Translations under genes and position numbers: made by a program | Shown: in pieces, positions 22,810 to 32,998 of the stretch | Layout of the letters: each line of letters opens with the position of its first letter | Position numbering within the stretch: position 1 is the stretch's first letter | DNA from: Candidatus Moanibacter sp. | Lineage (GTDB): Bacteria > Verrucomicrobiota > Verrucomicrobiia > Opitutales > UBA2987 | DNA length: 64,000 bases | NCBI GenBank assembly: GCA_965215885.1 | Contig: CBDCEW010000096.1 | Span: 1 to 64,000, forward strand | Reading direction: 5' to 3' | Notes under the pieces: model-generated | Database searches by the model: none | What the model was told of the DNA's origin: nothing | Seen by the model: only the letters and a program-made list of their open reading frames with translations

Positions 22810-23820
22810 ATGGACGAAACGCTTCCTAAACCCTCACTTATCGATCTCGCCCTCAATGCTGAATCCGCTATGATCATGGGCATCGGCGGAGGCGGCGATA
22901 TCATACAGGGGATTCCTGTTGCTAATCTCCTCCGAAAACTTGGTACCTCAAAGATCTACATGGGCGGAGTCGCCTGCCAATGGTGGACACCTGACGGTAA
23001 CCCACTTGCCGACGATTGGGGAACGGCTGTAATGGGTCCCACCCTCTATCCCGTGGCCGATCTCGGGGAAGCCGAACTTGTGGCGCCTCATTTCGCGGTC
23101 GTTAACAGAGATTCGAACTACGGTGGCCGCCGACCTTGTGAAGCGAGAGTGGCAGAGCTTCTGAAATCGGAGGCCGTGTTTGTGGCGGGTTTAACGGGAG
23201 GTGTCGTAGGCCTCGCTGATAGTCTCAAAGCAGTTATCGCTGAACTCTCCATCGACCTCTTCGTCGGGGTAGACATCGGTTCCGATTCATTTCATGACGG
23301 TAAGGAAGCGTGCCCGGCAAAGACCTCTATGGTCGATTTTATGAGCATGGGCGCAATGACTCAACTGAACTGTCCCGCTGTATACGGTGTATCCGGATAT
23401 GGATGCGATGGCGAAATGCAAATCGAGGAACTCGACGAGAGGGTCAGCCGAGTGATGCAGGCGGGAGGATTTCTAGGTGCTCAAGGCCTCACGCAGGAGG
23501 ATGTTTTGCAAATGGAAGTAGCCAGTGAGGCCTACCCCGATCCTGTCGAACCGATGTCTTACCGCGCTGCCAGAGGTGAGATTGGATTCAAAAACGTCTG
23601 GACGCACGGTCCATACGGAACCGTGGTCAAGGTTACACCCCTAGCCGCCGTAATGCTCCTCTTCGACCCCACAAGCGTGGTTGAATCCTGCTCGAAGGGT
23701 GTCAAAGCGCTCTTGAATACGAATTCTCTGGAGGAAGTAGAGCGTATCTTCAGGGATGATCTCGGTCAATTTCCCGAATCACGTATGCATCCGGTTATCG
23801 ATTTTTTCAGAAAAGATTGA
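22810..23820 (+). CDS. DUF1152-like protein
   Basis: GIGGGGDI, VDIGSDS, GYGCDGE motifs. Confidence 0.7.
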   Translation: MDETLPKPSLIDLALNAESAMIMGIGGGGDIIQGIPVANLLRKLGTSKIYMGGVACQWWTPDGNPLADDWGTAVMGPTLYPVADLGEAELVAPHFAVVNRDSNYGGRRPCEARVAELLKSEAVFVAGLTGGVVGLADSLKAVIAELSIDLFVGVDIGSDSFHDGKEACPAKTSMVDFMSMGAMTQLNCPAVYGVSGYGCDGEMQIEELDERVSRVMQAGGFLGAQGLTQEDVLQMEVASEAYPDPVEPMSYRAARGEIGFKNVWTHGPYGTVVKVTPLAAVMLLFDPTSVVESCSKGVKALLNTNSLEEVERIFRDDLGQFPESRMHPVIDFFRKD

Positions 23821-23826
23821 GCATAA

Positions 23827-25263
23827 TTGAATAAGTCTCGCCGTGAATTTTTAAACGCCTTGGGCGGAGCAGCCGCTCTCTCTGCGTTTCCCAATCTGCT
23901 CCTTTCTGCAAGGAGTCAGCAAGAACGCCGTCCTAACATCCTCTTTATTCTGACAGACGATCTCGGTTATGGGGATCTGCAATGCTACGGGCACCCTCAC
24001 ATCAAAACGCCTTTTCTCGATCTCCTCGCTAAAGAAGGGTGCCGCCTTACTCAGTGCTACTCCCCTTCCCCCCTCTGCTCTCCCGCTCGTGCCGGGTTTC
24101 TTACCGGACGCACCCCGTATCGGACGGGAGTCAAATCGTGGATACCCGAGGGCACTGATACGTATCTTCACAGCCGGGAGAAGACGCTTGCCACCTTGCT
24201 CAATGAAGATGGGTATAGTACTTTTCTAGCCGGAAAGTGGCACCTGTGTGGGAAGTTCAATTCAAGTATTCACCCACAACCGCACGACCATGGGTTCGAC
24301 CACTGGCTGGCGACTTCGAACTTTACAAAGCCTACCCACCGAAATCCCACAAATTTCGTGCGTAACGGCAAAGCGCTTGGAAAGATCGAAGGACATTCCG
24401 CTCAAATCGTAGTCGATGAGGCCATACAATGGCTCGAGAATCGAGATTCCAATAAATCCTTCTTTCAATACATCTGTTTGCACGAACCTCATTCCGAGAT
24501 CGCCTCTCCTGAGCGATTCAACCAAATGTACTCCCAATTCACAATCGGTGAACCGGATCCCTCCAGCTTAACGGATCGTGGTCCAGGCGAGTATTTCGCC
24601 AATGTGACTCATCTTGACCACCAGGTCGGTAGGCTCCTCAAGAAGCTCGATCAATTGGGCCTGCGGCGGGAAACATTCGTCTTTTTCACAAGCGATAACG
24701 GACCTGTCACCGAGAATTGGCGCCATTGGTGGGAGATAAACATGCACGGAAACACCGGAGGCCTCCGTGGGCGCAAGGGCGATCTTTATGAAGGCGGAAT
24801 TCGAGTTCCGGGGATTGTCCGCTTCCCTGGAAAAATCAAAGCCTCAACCGTATCCGAACTACCTGTTCATGGATGTGATCTTCTTCCCACCGTATGTCAG
24901 TTGGCAGGTCTCCCTCTGCCGGGCGATCGAGCCATCGATGGACAGGACTTCAGCCCTTTGTTTCAGAATGGCTCTATCGACCGCAAACAACCCCTCTACT
25001 GGCAATTCACCACTTACGATACCGCCCATTTCGGAGATTCATCTTTCCTCGCCCAATATGCAATTCGTGACGGTAATTGGAAGTTAATAGCAGACAAAAA
25101 TCTAGAGAGTTTCGAACTCTACAATCTCGCCGATGATCCCAACGAATCGCACGATCTGGCAGAGGAGGAGAAGGAGCGTCTAGCCAATCTCACGGAAAAG
25201 CTAGCGTCAATAAACGAAAGCGTAGCTAACGATCCCCTCCGACCCAAAGAAGATGGTGCATGA
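23827..25263 (+). CDS. Tat-exported sulfatase
   Basis: SRREFL, DDLGYGD, CSPAR, GKWH. Confidence 0.9.
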   Translation: MNKSRREFLNALGGAAALSAFPNLLLSARSQQERRPNILFILTDDLGYGDLQCYGHPHIKTPFLDLLAKEGCRLTQCYSPSPLCSPARAGFLTGRTPYRTGVKSWIPEGTDTYLHSREKTLATLLNEDGYSTFLAGKWHLCGKFNSSIHPQPHDHGFDHWLATSNFTKPTHRNPTNFVRNGKALGKIEGHSAQIVVDEAIQWLENRDSNKSFFQYICLHEPHSEIASPERFNQMYSQFTIGEPDPSSLTDRGPGEYFANVTHLDHQVGRLLKKLDQLGLRRETFVFFTSDNGPVTENWRHWWEINMHGNTGGLRGRKGDLYEGGIRVPGIVRFPGKIKASTVSELPVHGCDLLPTVCQLAGLPLPGDRAIDGQDFSPLFQNGSIDRKQPLYWQFTTYDTAHFGDSSFLAQYAIRDGNWKLIADKNLESFELYNLADDPNESHDLAEEEKERLANLTEKLASINESVANDPLRPKEDGA

Positions 25264-25546
25264 GGTAAGCAATTCGGAAATCAGTGAGATTCTCTCCTGA
25301 AAGTGTCCGGTGTGCCGGGATACGGCAGGAACGTTAATAGCGGAATTGGCTCTCCCGATCCATTAAATAGCGCAGTTCTGTCATTGCGAGGAGGAACGAC
25401 GAAGCAATCCACTGTTCCAATCGGCAACTTCGCTGGATTGCCACCGTCTGTCGAATCCCGCTCAGCAGGATGGATCTGCCTCCCCGAGAGCACAGAATGC
25501 GGGGCCTTCGGACGTTGCAATTTCGACTCAGTCGACCAGGGCCGCC

Positions 25547-25603
25547 TTAGCCCGGTTCTATCACACACTTCGTAGTAGAAGGTTTGTGAAATGTTCGGGT
25601 TAA
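25547..25603. mobile_element. Internally deleted MITE-A
   Basis: Both ends present, joined at the internal TCGTAG microhomology of the copy-3 type. Confidence 0.7.
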
Positions 25604-26037
25604 TCCAGCTTTGCCAGATTCTTGAAAAACTGTTCCGCGTACTGTCTTCCCACGCTTTCGAATAAGCGCGCTCCAATGGAGGCAAGGACTCCGCCTACCT
25701 GCGCCTCACTCTCGTAGGTGAGCTCCGTCGATTGGCCGCTATTCTGAGCCAGGAGGCGAAGCGAAGATGATCCGTTAACATATCCGGTCGAACCCTTAGC
25801 TTTGATTAAGAGGCGATAACTCTCCTGTTCAACCACATCAAAAATATCGACTGTTCCGCGAAATCGACCTTTTACGGGACCGATTCCCACCTTCAATGCG
25901 ACACTGAACTTATTCTCACCAATACTCTCAAGTTCCTCACAACCGGGCATACACTCTTTCAGCACTTCCGGATCCATGATTAGCTTCCAGAATTCCTGGG
26001 GAGAACGCTCGATAATTTGCGTTCCGCTTAGTTTCAT
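25600..26037 (-). CDS. coxG: CoxG-like SRPBCC protein
   Basis: DPEVLKECMPGCE, VGIGPVKG, QVGGVLASIGARL. Confidence 0.85.
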   Translation of the reverse strand: MKLSGTQIIERSPQEFWKLIMDPEVLKECMPGCEELESIGENKFSVALKVGIGPVKGRFRGTVDIFDVVEQESYRLLIKAKGSTGYVNGSSSLRLLAQNSGQSTELTYESEAQVGGVLASIGARLFESVGRQYAEQFFKNLAKLD

Positions 26038-26894
26038 GCCTTCCCGCTCGAAGAAAGAACCGCACGCGCTGCCAACACATCGGCGAGATGAGCCCGATAG
26101 TCGGAAGAAGCGTGGATATCCGAAAGCAAATCCTTTCCCTCGGCGATGCCCCTGACCGCAGCTCGAACCGCTTCTCCATCACCTACGCTTAGATCCCGCA
26201 AGGCATCTTCCGCCACCGTCGCCCGGTAGGCACAATCCGCAACACCTGTTACACCCAACGCAGCACTTACAATAGTGTCTCCATCGAGGCTCAATTGGGC
26301 AGCCACTCCGGCCAAGGCGAATCCGGAAGCGCTTTGTTTCATCTTTACATAGGACGCCGTGGATGGGTGAGCAGCAGGTATTCGGACTGCATTCACGATC
26401 TCATTTGGTGCCAGGACGGTCACGAAAAGCCCCTGAAGGAACTCGCTGAAAGGGACGGCTCTCTCCCCTGAAGAGGAGCCAATCACAACCTCGGCATCCA
26501 GAGCCAACATCGTTGCGGGATAATCCGCGGCCGGATCGGCATGACTGATGGAGCCAACCAGAGTCCCCACATTTCGCACCTGCACATCGCCAATCTCGGC
26601 CGCCGTTTTCTGTAATAGAGCGCAGCGTTCCGCAACCAATGAAGAAGTCTCCACCTCGTTATGGGTGACCAGTGCCCCGATCTTCAGACCCGCCTCCTCT
26701 TCTTCAATCGATCCCAGGCCGGATATTCGACGCAAATCGACAATCGTTGAAGGCGCCGCTAATCGTAGTTTCATAGTCGGTATTAAACTATGCCCACCAC
26801 TGAGAATCTTGGCCTCGTCTTCGAATCTATCAAGGAGGTCATACGCTTCACTGAGCGTATCGGGGCAATGGTATTCAAACTGCTCGGGAATCAT
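26034..26894 (-). CDS. Molybdenum hydroxylase FAD subunit (CoxM/CutM-like)
   Basis: GGHSLIP.MKLR, QVRNVGT, HADPAAD. Confidence 0.9.
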   Translation of the reverse strand: MIPEQFEYHCPDTLSEAYDLLDRFEDEAKILSGGHSLIPTMKLRLAAPSTIVDLRRISGLGSIEEEEAGLKIGALVTHNEVETSSLVAERCALLQKTAAEIGDVQVRNVGTLVGSISHADPAADYPATMLALDAEVVIGSSSGERAVPFSEFLQGLFVTVLAPNEIVNAVRIPAAHPSTASYVKMKQSASGFALAGVAAQLSLDGDTIVSAALGVTGVADCAYRATVAEDALRDLSVGDGEAVRAAVRGIAEGKDLLSDIHASSDYRAHLADVLAARAVLSSSGKA

Positions 26895-29230
26895 TTCTCT
26901 CCCTCGCTATGGAGCGCTCGCCAGACCTTTTCCGGTGTTAGCGGCATATCGATGTGCCTCACACCCGTATCTCTTAACGCATCCATAACCGCATTTATTA
27001 CCGCCGGCGTTGATCCGATGGTACCGGCCTCACCAACACCCTTCACTCCCAATGGATTGACGTCGGTCGGCGTTTCCGTGCGGTCGCATTCGAACCAGGG
27101 GAAATTGTGCGCCCTCGGCAAGGCGTAGTCCATAAAAGTTCCGGTTACAAGCTGCCCCTCGTCATCATATATAGCCTGTTCATACAGGGCCTGCCCTACT
27201 CCCTGCGCTATTCCCCCATGCACCTGCCCATCGACCAGGAGCGGATTTATAACCCTCCCGCAGTCGTCCACGGCCCAATACCGCTCGAAGTCTATTTCGC
27301 CCGTCTCTTTGTCGAGAGACAAAAGGCAGAGATGCGCGCCAAACGGATATGTAAAATTGGAGGGTTCATAAAAGTAGGTCTCCTCCAGACCCGGCGGCAA
27401 TTCTTCGGGCAGCTTGTCGGCCCTATGTGCCTGAAAGCACACATCACCGGAACTCACCTTCTTATCTCCGGCGCAGAATTCGCCATCACGGAATTCGACA
27501 TCCTGCGTTTGAACCTCCAGCAAAATAGCCGCAACCGCCTTCATTTTGTCGATCACCCGGCGGGCCGCTTCTACCACTGCAGTGCCCCCAACTGCAGTGC
27601 CGCGACTACCGAATGTGCCTACCCCAAAGGGAAGACGTCCGGTATCACCCCGATGGACAGCTACTTCACTGGGAGTAATAGCAAACATATCCGCCACAAT
27701 CTGAGCGAAGGTCGTCTCTTGACCCTGCCCGTGTGAACAAGTGCCGGTGTAGACATCGACCAATCCAGTTGGCCCGACGCTTACCCGAGCCGATTCCCAT
27801 CCCCCGCCGGGCATTCCTTTGGAAGGACCCATACCGCAGATTTCGACATACGTGGAAAGGCCGATACCCACCAATTCACCATTGGCCCGTCTCGTTTTCT
27901 GTTCTTCCCGGAGCGCCTCGTAGTCGCAGATTTCCAGGAGTTTATCCAGACTCTTGGTATAGTCTCCGCTGTCGTAGATCAGGCCGGTCGCAGTCTCAAA
28001 GGGAAACTCCTGTGCGAAATTCCGCCTCCTGATCTCCAGCACATCGAGGCCGAGTTCGGCCGCTAAAACATCCATCATCCTCTCGATAACAAACGTCGCC
28101 TCCGGCCTGCCTGCGCCACGATAGGCATCGGTCGACATCTTATTCGTGAATACTCCCGTGAGCGACATTTCGGCTGCCGGGATCGCATAGGAACCCGAAA
28201 TCATCAACCCCGTCAAAGTGGGGATTATTGGCGTGAACAACTGATGGTATGCGCCCACATCTGACAGTGCGTCGCATTTGATGCCGAGGATGCGTCCGTC
28301 TTCCTTTGCAGCAACCTCCACTTGAGCCACCTGCCCGCGACCATGAATTGTACCCACTATATTTTCGCGGCGTGTCTCCACCCACTTAACCGGACTCGGC
28401 CCTAAGAGGCGCGCCAACACTGTCACGAGCGCCTCCTCGACGTAAAAATTCAGCTTAGATCCAAATCCGCCTCCCACTTCCGGAGTAATGACGCGCACGT
28501 CATTTTCCGAGATATTCAAAGCGAGAGCAATTTGGGAGCGCACGATGTGGGGAATCTGCGTAGAAGTCCAAACCGTAAGCTCGCGTTCGCCGGGAAGGAA
28601 TTGCGCCACCACTCCTCGAGTCTCGATGGCACAGGGAATAAGCCGTTGGCTCTCGATTCGTTGCTTGATAACCTTGTCTGCATCCGCGAACGCCGCATCC
28701 AGATCACCCCCGGAAACCCCCCAGCGAAACGAAACGTTATCTTCCATATCGCTGTGTGCGGTAGGCGAACCATCCTTTGCCGCACTCTCAAGATCAACTA
28801 CCACTGGCAAAGGGTCATATTCCACATCGATCTCGGCTAGAGCGTCTTCCGCAGCAGCGGCCGATTCCGCCACCACCGCCGCAACCGCCTGCCCGACAAA
28901 ACAAACTTCATCACTCGCCAATACCGTTCGCGTTGGGATCTTTACGTCGATGTCTCCTGCCGCAACTCCCGGTACCGGTGCACACAAGTCTTTAATATCC
29001 TCATGCGTATAGACTCCTATGACACCCGGCTTCGCTCTCGCCGTCCCTGTATCGATCGAGAGGATCCTGGCATGTCCGTAAGTGCTTCGTAATACCTTTA
29101 CATGGAGCAGGTCGACAAATCGGATATCGTCGACGTAGTGTCCAGTGCCGGTGACAAGTCGTCCGTCCTCTTCGCGCTTGTGCTTCGCACCGATATATCT
29201 CCGCGCTTCCAACATCGCCAATTTCGCCAT
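26891..29230 (-). CDS. Molybdenum hydroxylase large subunit (form II CoxL-like)
   Basis: VGGGFGSK, AYRGAGRPE, HGQG, KGVGEAG. Confidence 0.9.
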   Translation of the reverse strand: MAKLAMLEARRYIGAKHKREEDGRLVTGTGHYVDDIRFVDLLHVKVLRSTYGHARILSIDTGTARAKPGVIGVYTHEDIKDLCAPVPGVAAGDIDVKIPTRTVLASDEVCFVGQAVAAVVAESAAAAEDALAEIDVEYDPLPVVVDLESAAKDGSPTAHSDMEDNVSFRWGVSGGDLDAAFADADKVIKQRIESQRLIPCAIETRGVVAQFLPGERELTVWTSTQIPHIVRSQIALALNISENDVRVITPEVGGGFGSKLNFYVEEALVTVLARLLGPSPVKWVETRRENIVGTIHGRGQVAQVEVAAKEDGRILGIKCDALSDVGAYHQLFTPIIPTLTGLMISGSYAIPAAEMSLTGVFTNKMSTDAYRGAGRPEATFVIERMMDVLAAELGLDVLEIRRRNFAQEFPFETATGLIYDSGDYTKSLDKLLEICDYEALREEQKTRRANGELVGIGLSTYVEICGMGPSKGMPGGGWESARVSVGPTGLVDVYTGTCSHGQGQETTFAQIVADMFAITPSEVAVHRGDTGRLPFGVGTFGSRGTAVGGTAVVEAARRVIDKMKAVAAILLEVQTQDVEFRDGEFCAGDKKVSSGDVCFQAHRADKLPEELPPGLEETYFYEPSNFTYPFGAHLCLLSLDKETGEIDFERYWAVDDCGRVINPLLVDGQVHGGIAQGVGQALYEQAIYDDEGQLVTGTFMDYALPRAHNFPWFECDRTETPTDVNPLGVKGVGEAGTIGSTPAVINAVMDALRDTGVRHIDMPLTPEKVWRALHSEGEK

Positions 29231-29251
29231 CGCTTGCTCCTCTCCTGGACG

Positions 29252-29752
29252 TTACTGTTTAGCCAACTCTGATGCAGCGTATTGCACCGACTGGACGATA
29301 TGTTGATAGCCCGTACAACGACAGTAATTTCCTTCCAGGGCGTGCCGAATCTCGGCCTCGGAAGGCTCAGGGTTATGATCAAGAAGAGCCTTGGACGCGA
29401 AAATCATGCCCGGTGTGCAGAATCCACATTGCAAACCATGACACTGTCGAAATCCCTCTTGAAGCGGGTGTAGTTCATCCTCTCCCACCAGGCCTTCTTC
29501 TCGCGCCATGGGCGCCAACCCTTCGATGGTCGTGATTGAAGAACCATCTACCTGAACAGTCAGCAAGGTGCAGGATTTTGCGGCTTTCCCGTTTACTAAA
29601 ATCGTACAAGCGCCACAGATCGAAGTCTCGCAGCCGATGTGCGTTCCGGTAAGCCCCAACTCCTCCCTGAGAAAGTGAACAAGCAGTGTGCGCGGCTCCA
29701 CTTCGCGCTCAATTCTCTTACCGTTTACGGTGATTTCTACAGGGCACTTCAT
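29252..29752 (-). CDS. Molybdenum hydroxylase 2Fe-2S subunit (CoxS-like)
   Basis: GCETSICGAC, QCGFCTPG, CRCTGY; start taken at ATG 29752. Confidence 0.9.
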   Translation of the reverse strand: MKCPVEITVNGKRIEREVEPRTLLVHFLREELGLTGTHIGCETSICGACTILVNGKAAKSCTLLTVQVDGSSITTIEGLAPMAREEGLVGEDELHPLQEGFRQCHGLQCGFCTPGMIFASKALLDHNPEPSEAEIRHALEGNYCRCTGYQHIVQSVQYAASELAKQ

Positions 29753-30199
29753 AGAATTCGATAGGTAACGAATCCAGTGTGCCCTCAAGTCTGAGGCTGT
29801 AAAGTCAAAATTCGAATCCTGTGAAAAAGCCGTCGTTGCGTAACTGTCGGCCACAATTATGACCATTTAGGGACCGATTGAGCCACACCACGGTGAAGCC
29901 GTGGTGTAGAGAAGTTTCAACCCGAGGTTAAGGTTTATTCAAAACTGCGTCCTGAAGGGACGCTGTCCGGGTCGATACAGCCCCTCTTCAAGGCGCATAG
30001 GTATGCGTATTCCCCGGACTCGGGTTAAAACCCGAGGCTTTGTGACCATGCCCGTTTCGGGCATTCCAGCCAGAAAACAGATTCGGACAGACACGTAAAA
30101 GAGCGAGGCGAATTGCTTTTCTGGTTGTGATCTTCTCGAATATCGACAAACATTAGGCCTTTGCGGCCGTGAACGCATCCTCCACATTAAACAACCAAC

Positions 30200-30610
30200 A
30201 TGACAACGAATACGAATCCAACTGATATCCGAGAAGCCATTGACCAGGCCAACAGGATCTCCACCGCCACTTTCAAAGGAAGAAATGCCGCCGAAATTGC
30301 TGCCCTCTACACCGATGACGCCATGCTTCTACCTCCCAATAGCGACATCGTATCCGGCAAGGAGGCAATTCAGGATTTCTGGCAGGGCGCCCTCGATATG
30401 GGCGTTGAGGAGATTGAGCTCGAGACGGTGGACGTCGATGGCCAGATAGACACAGCGATCGAGGTGGGAAAGTTTGTGCTAATAGGAGCCAATGGTGAAT
30501 GCCTCGATAAAGGAAAATATCTCGTAACATGGAAACTCGTCAACGGCCAATGGAAACTTCATTGGGACATGTACAACTCGAGTATGCCAATCGAAAAGAA
30601 TGATGGCTGA
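30200..30610 (+). CDS. SnoaL/NTF2-like (YybH/DUF4440) protein
   Basis: LYTDDAMLLPP, GKYLVTWK...WKLHWDMYNS. Confidence 0.8.
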   Translation: MTTNTNPTDIREAIDQANRISTATFKGRNAAEIAALYTDDAMLLPPNSDIVSGKEAIQDFWQGALDMGVEEIELETVDVDGQIDTAIEVGKFVLIGANGECLDKGKYLVTWKLVNGQWKLHWDMYNSSMPIEKNDG

Positions 30611-30685
30611 CTGAGAAAATATCATCGAAGGGAAATTTCATACCTGGTTCACTCTCACGTTTCACATTCTCACTTCCCCTCTTGA

Positions 30686-31642
30686 ATGAATTCCCCTACC
30701 TCAGAAATCGATCCGAACTATGTCGAGCTTCACCGCTCTGGCGAATTGGAGCGGCGAATCGAAATCGCTCTCGCCAAACTGGAGCGATGTCGGATCTGTC
30801 CCTGGGAGTGTGACGTCAACCGACTCCAGGATGAAATCAAGATCTGTCGAATCGGTCGATACGCACGGGTTGCCAGCTTCTTCCCGCATTTTGGAGAGGA
30901 AGATTGCCTGCGGGGTTGGAACGGAAGTGGCACGGTCTTTTTCGGCTCCTGCAATATGCGCTGCGTCTTCTGCCAAAATTCCGATATAAGCCACAATGTG
31001 GTGGGCGAGGTAGCGAATCCAGGACGGTTGGCCGCGATCATGTTGCACCTGCAGGAGTCCGGATGCCATAATATCAACTGGGTCACACCGGAACACGTCG
31101 TGCCCCAGATACTCGAAGCACTGCCCATCGCCATCGAAGGAGGTCTCAGGCTTCCTATCGTTTACAACACCAGCGCTTTCGACTCGCTCGACAGTATAGA
31201 ACTGATGGATGGTATAGTCGATATCTACATGCCTGACTTCAAATACTGGCATGAAGAGAAGGCCAAACGATACCTCAAGTCTCCAAACTATCCCGATGCG
31301 GCCAGGCGGGTTATCAAAGAAATGTACCGCCAGGTCGGTGATCTCAGTTTCAATAGTTTCGGGCTGGCCCGGCGTGGACTCCTCGTACGGCATCTCGTAA
31401 TGCCCGATGAGCTCGAAGAAACGCGCCACATCATGCACTTTCTCGCAACAGAAATATCAACCAATACCTACGTCAACGTTATGGGCCAGTATTATCCGGC
31501 CGGAAAGGTAAGTGAGAAACTCTATCCCGAATTAAATCGCCACCTCCAGACTTCCGAGTTATCCCGCGCTAAAGTGATCGCCCGCGAAATGGGTCTGCAC
31601 CGTCTCGATGAGCGCCGCCAGCTCCACTTCTCCCTGAACTAG
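30686..31642 (+). CDS. Radical SAM protein (PflX-like)
   Basis: CxxCPxxC, HFGEE, CNMRCVFCQN, YMPDFKY, RHLVMP. Confidence 0.85.
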   Translation: MNSPTSEIDPNYVELHRSGELERRIEIALAKLERCRICPWECDVNRLQDEIKICRIGRYARVASFFPHFGEEDCLRGWNGSGTVFFGSCNMRCVFCQNSDISHNVVGEVANPGRLAAIMLHLQESGCHNINWVTPEHVVPQILEALPIAIEGGLRLPIVYNTSAFDSLDSIELMDGIVDIYMPDFKYWHEEKAKRYLKSPNYPDAARRVIKEMYRQVGDLSFNSFGLARRGLLVRHLVMPDELEETRHIMHFLATEISTNTYVNVMGQYYPAGKVSEKLYPELNRHLQTSELSRAKVIAREMGLHRLDERRQLHFSLN

Positions 31643-31659
31643 CTACTCCATTATAGACC

Positions 31660-31756
31660 GATCTTCGTCTACCGGGTCTTTGCAGACCCGGCTACGGACC
31701 ACCTCGCGAGCCTGTTACGTAGCCGTGCCTGCAAAGGCGCGGTCCGAACCTACTCT
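31660..31756. repeat. REP doublet (GTAG-type) left of RAYT
   Basis: CCGGGTCTTTGCAGACCCGG-CTAC ... GTAG-CCGTGCCTGCAAAGGCGCGG. Confidence 0.85.
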
Positions 31757-32304
31757 TCCTCACTTCTCGATAAAACCGTCCGGTGAATTCGCCAGAACTT
31801 CTCCCAAAATTCAGAATCGCGGATCGTCAATTCAGGGTAATGTGGAAGAAGACATTCCAAATAATGATAGTCTTCGGCTCTTTCTACCATCCCAGCGCGA
31901 ACGGGATTTTCATAGATGTAATGAGCCACTGCCTGAAAAGCGCCACGTTGTCTGTCACTCTCCCGAAGGACACTGTCGTACGGTTCATCCTGAAGATGCA
32001 TTGGTTTCAAAATTCTGTTTAGATGCCTTCTGAAATATGGTACTGCCTCTGTCTGGTCTGATTTTCGGCTCATACCCATCCAGAGAAGGTGAATGTGCTC
32101 GGGCATAACCACGTATATAGGACAGAAAAGAACGTATTTAGCTAACGTATGCAGAAGCACCTCTCTGAATTTGAAATGAAAGCGCTCGTTCAACCACCCG
32201 GTTTTCCGATCACGAATAGTCATAGACCAGTGGACATAGGCATATCCGTGATAAAACTCACGAGCTAATCGAGGCAGGTGTCTGCGTCTTGTCTGGCGTT
32301 GCAT
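31750..32304 (-). CDS. REP-associated tyrosine (Y1 HUH) transposase, RAYT-like
   Basis: MPEHIHLL (HUH), YD.VLR, YIYENPVRAG; flanked by REP doublets. Confidence 0.85.
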   Translation of the reverse strand: MQRQTRRRHLPRLAREFYHGYAYVHWSMTIRDRKTGWLNERFHFKFREVLLHTLAKYVLFCPIYVVMPEHIHLLWMGMSRKSDQTEAVPYFRRHLNRILKPMHLQDEPYDSVLRESDRQRGAFQAVAHYIYENPVRAGMVERAEDYHYLECLLPHYPELTIRDSEFWEKFWRIHRTVLSRSEEE

Positions 32305-32396
32305 GGAGTGATGGTTGGATTCCTGTTTGTACTGCCAAGGACACTATCACACAGAGTCTTAGAACCTGGAAAAATGTCCAACAGAATTCAGATTTT

Positions 32397-32486
32397 GATC
32401 TTCGTTTACCGTGTCTTTGCAGACCCGGCTACGACAAACCGAGAATTCGTAGCCGCGCCTGCAAAGGCGCGGTTCCAACCTACTCT
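32397..32486. repeat. REP doublet right of RAYT (direct repeat of 31660-31756)
   Basis: Same two GTAG-anchored hairpins with a different spacer. Confidence 0.85.
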
Positions 32487-32791
32487 CTCGGGCAAATCAA
32501 AACATCCTCCCCCTCCACCCTGACATCGTAGCACGGTACCGGCTCATAAGCAGGTGGCGTTTCCTCCCCGGTCTTTACATTAAAACGTGCACCGTGCCGA
32601 GGGCACTCGATCTCCTCACCATCCAGTTCACCGTCGACGAGCGGACCGAAATCGTGCGTGCAGACATCAGATATGGCAAAGTACTCACCTCCGATATTGA
32701 ACAACCCGACATCCTCATCTCCGCAGGTAACGCGCATCTTCTCCCCGGGTTTAAGATCGGACACTGAAGCTACTCTGATGAAATTGGTCAT
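32480..32791 (-). CDS. Rieske-type ferredoxin
   Basis: CTH...CPRH; start taken at ATG 32791. Confidence 0.85.
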   Translation of the reverse strand: MTNFIRVASVSDLKPGEKMRVTCGDEDVGLFNIGGEYFAISDVCTHDFGPLVDGELDGEEIECPRHGARFNVKTGEETPPAYEPVPCYDVRVEGEDVLICPRE

Positions 32792-32998
32792 GAGATTCCA
32801 AGTTCGAAGTTCCTCACCAAACACAAGTGGAACAATGGAAGTTTGGAACCATCGAAGTTTGGAATAAAGGGAACAATTCGATGGCAGTATTGCCAAGGCT
32901 GATGAGCAAAAAACTTACTTCAATTGGAATCGTCTTTCCGTTCACCCAATATTCCAACTTGCCCCTACATAGCTCGAAGAGCGACGGCGGATCTTCCA

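Noticed and set aside
25600..29752. True aerobic CO dehydrogenase
   Set aside because: Active-site loop is AYRGAGR, not the form I AYxCSFR, and gene order is S-L-M; substrate unknown
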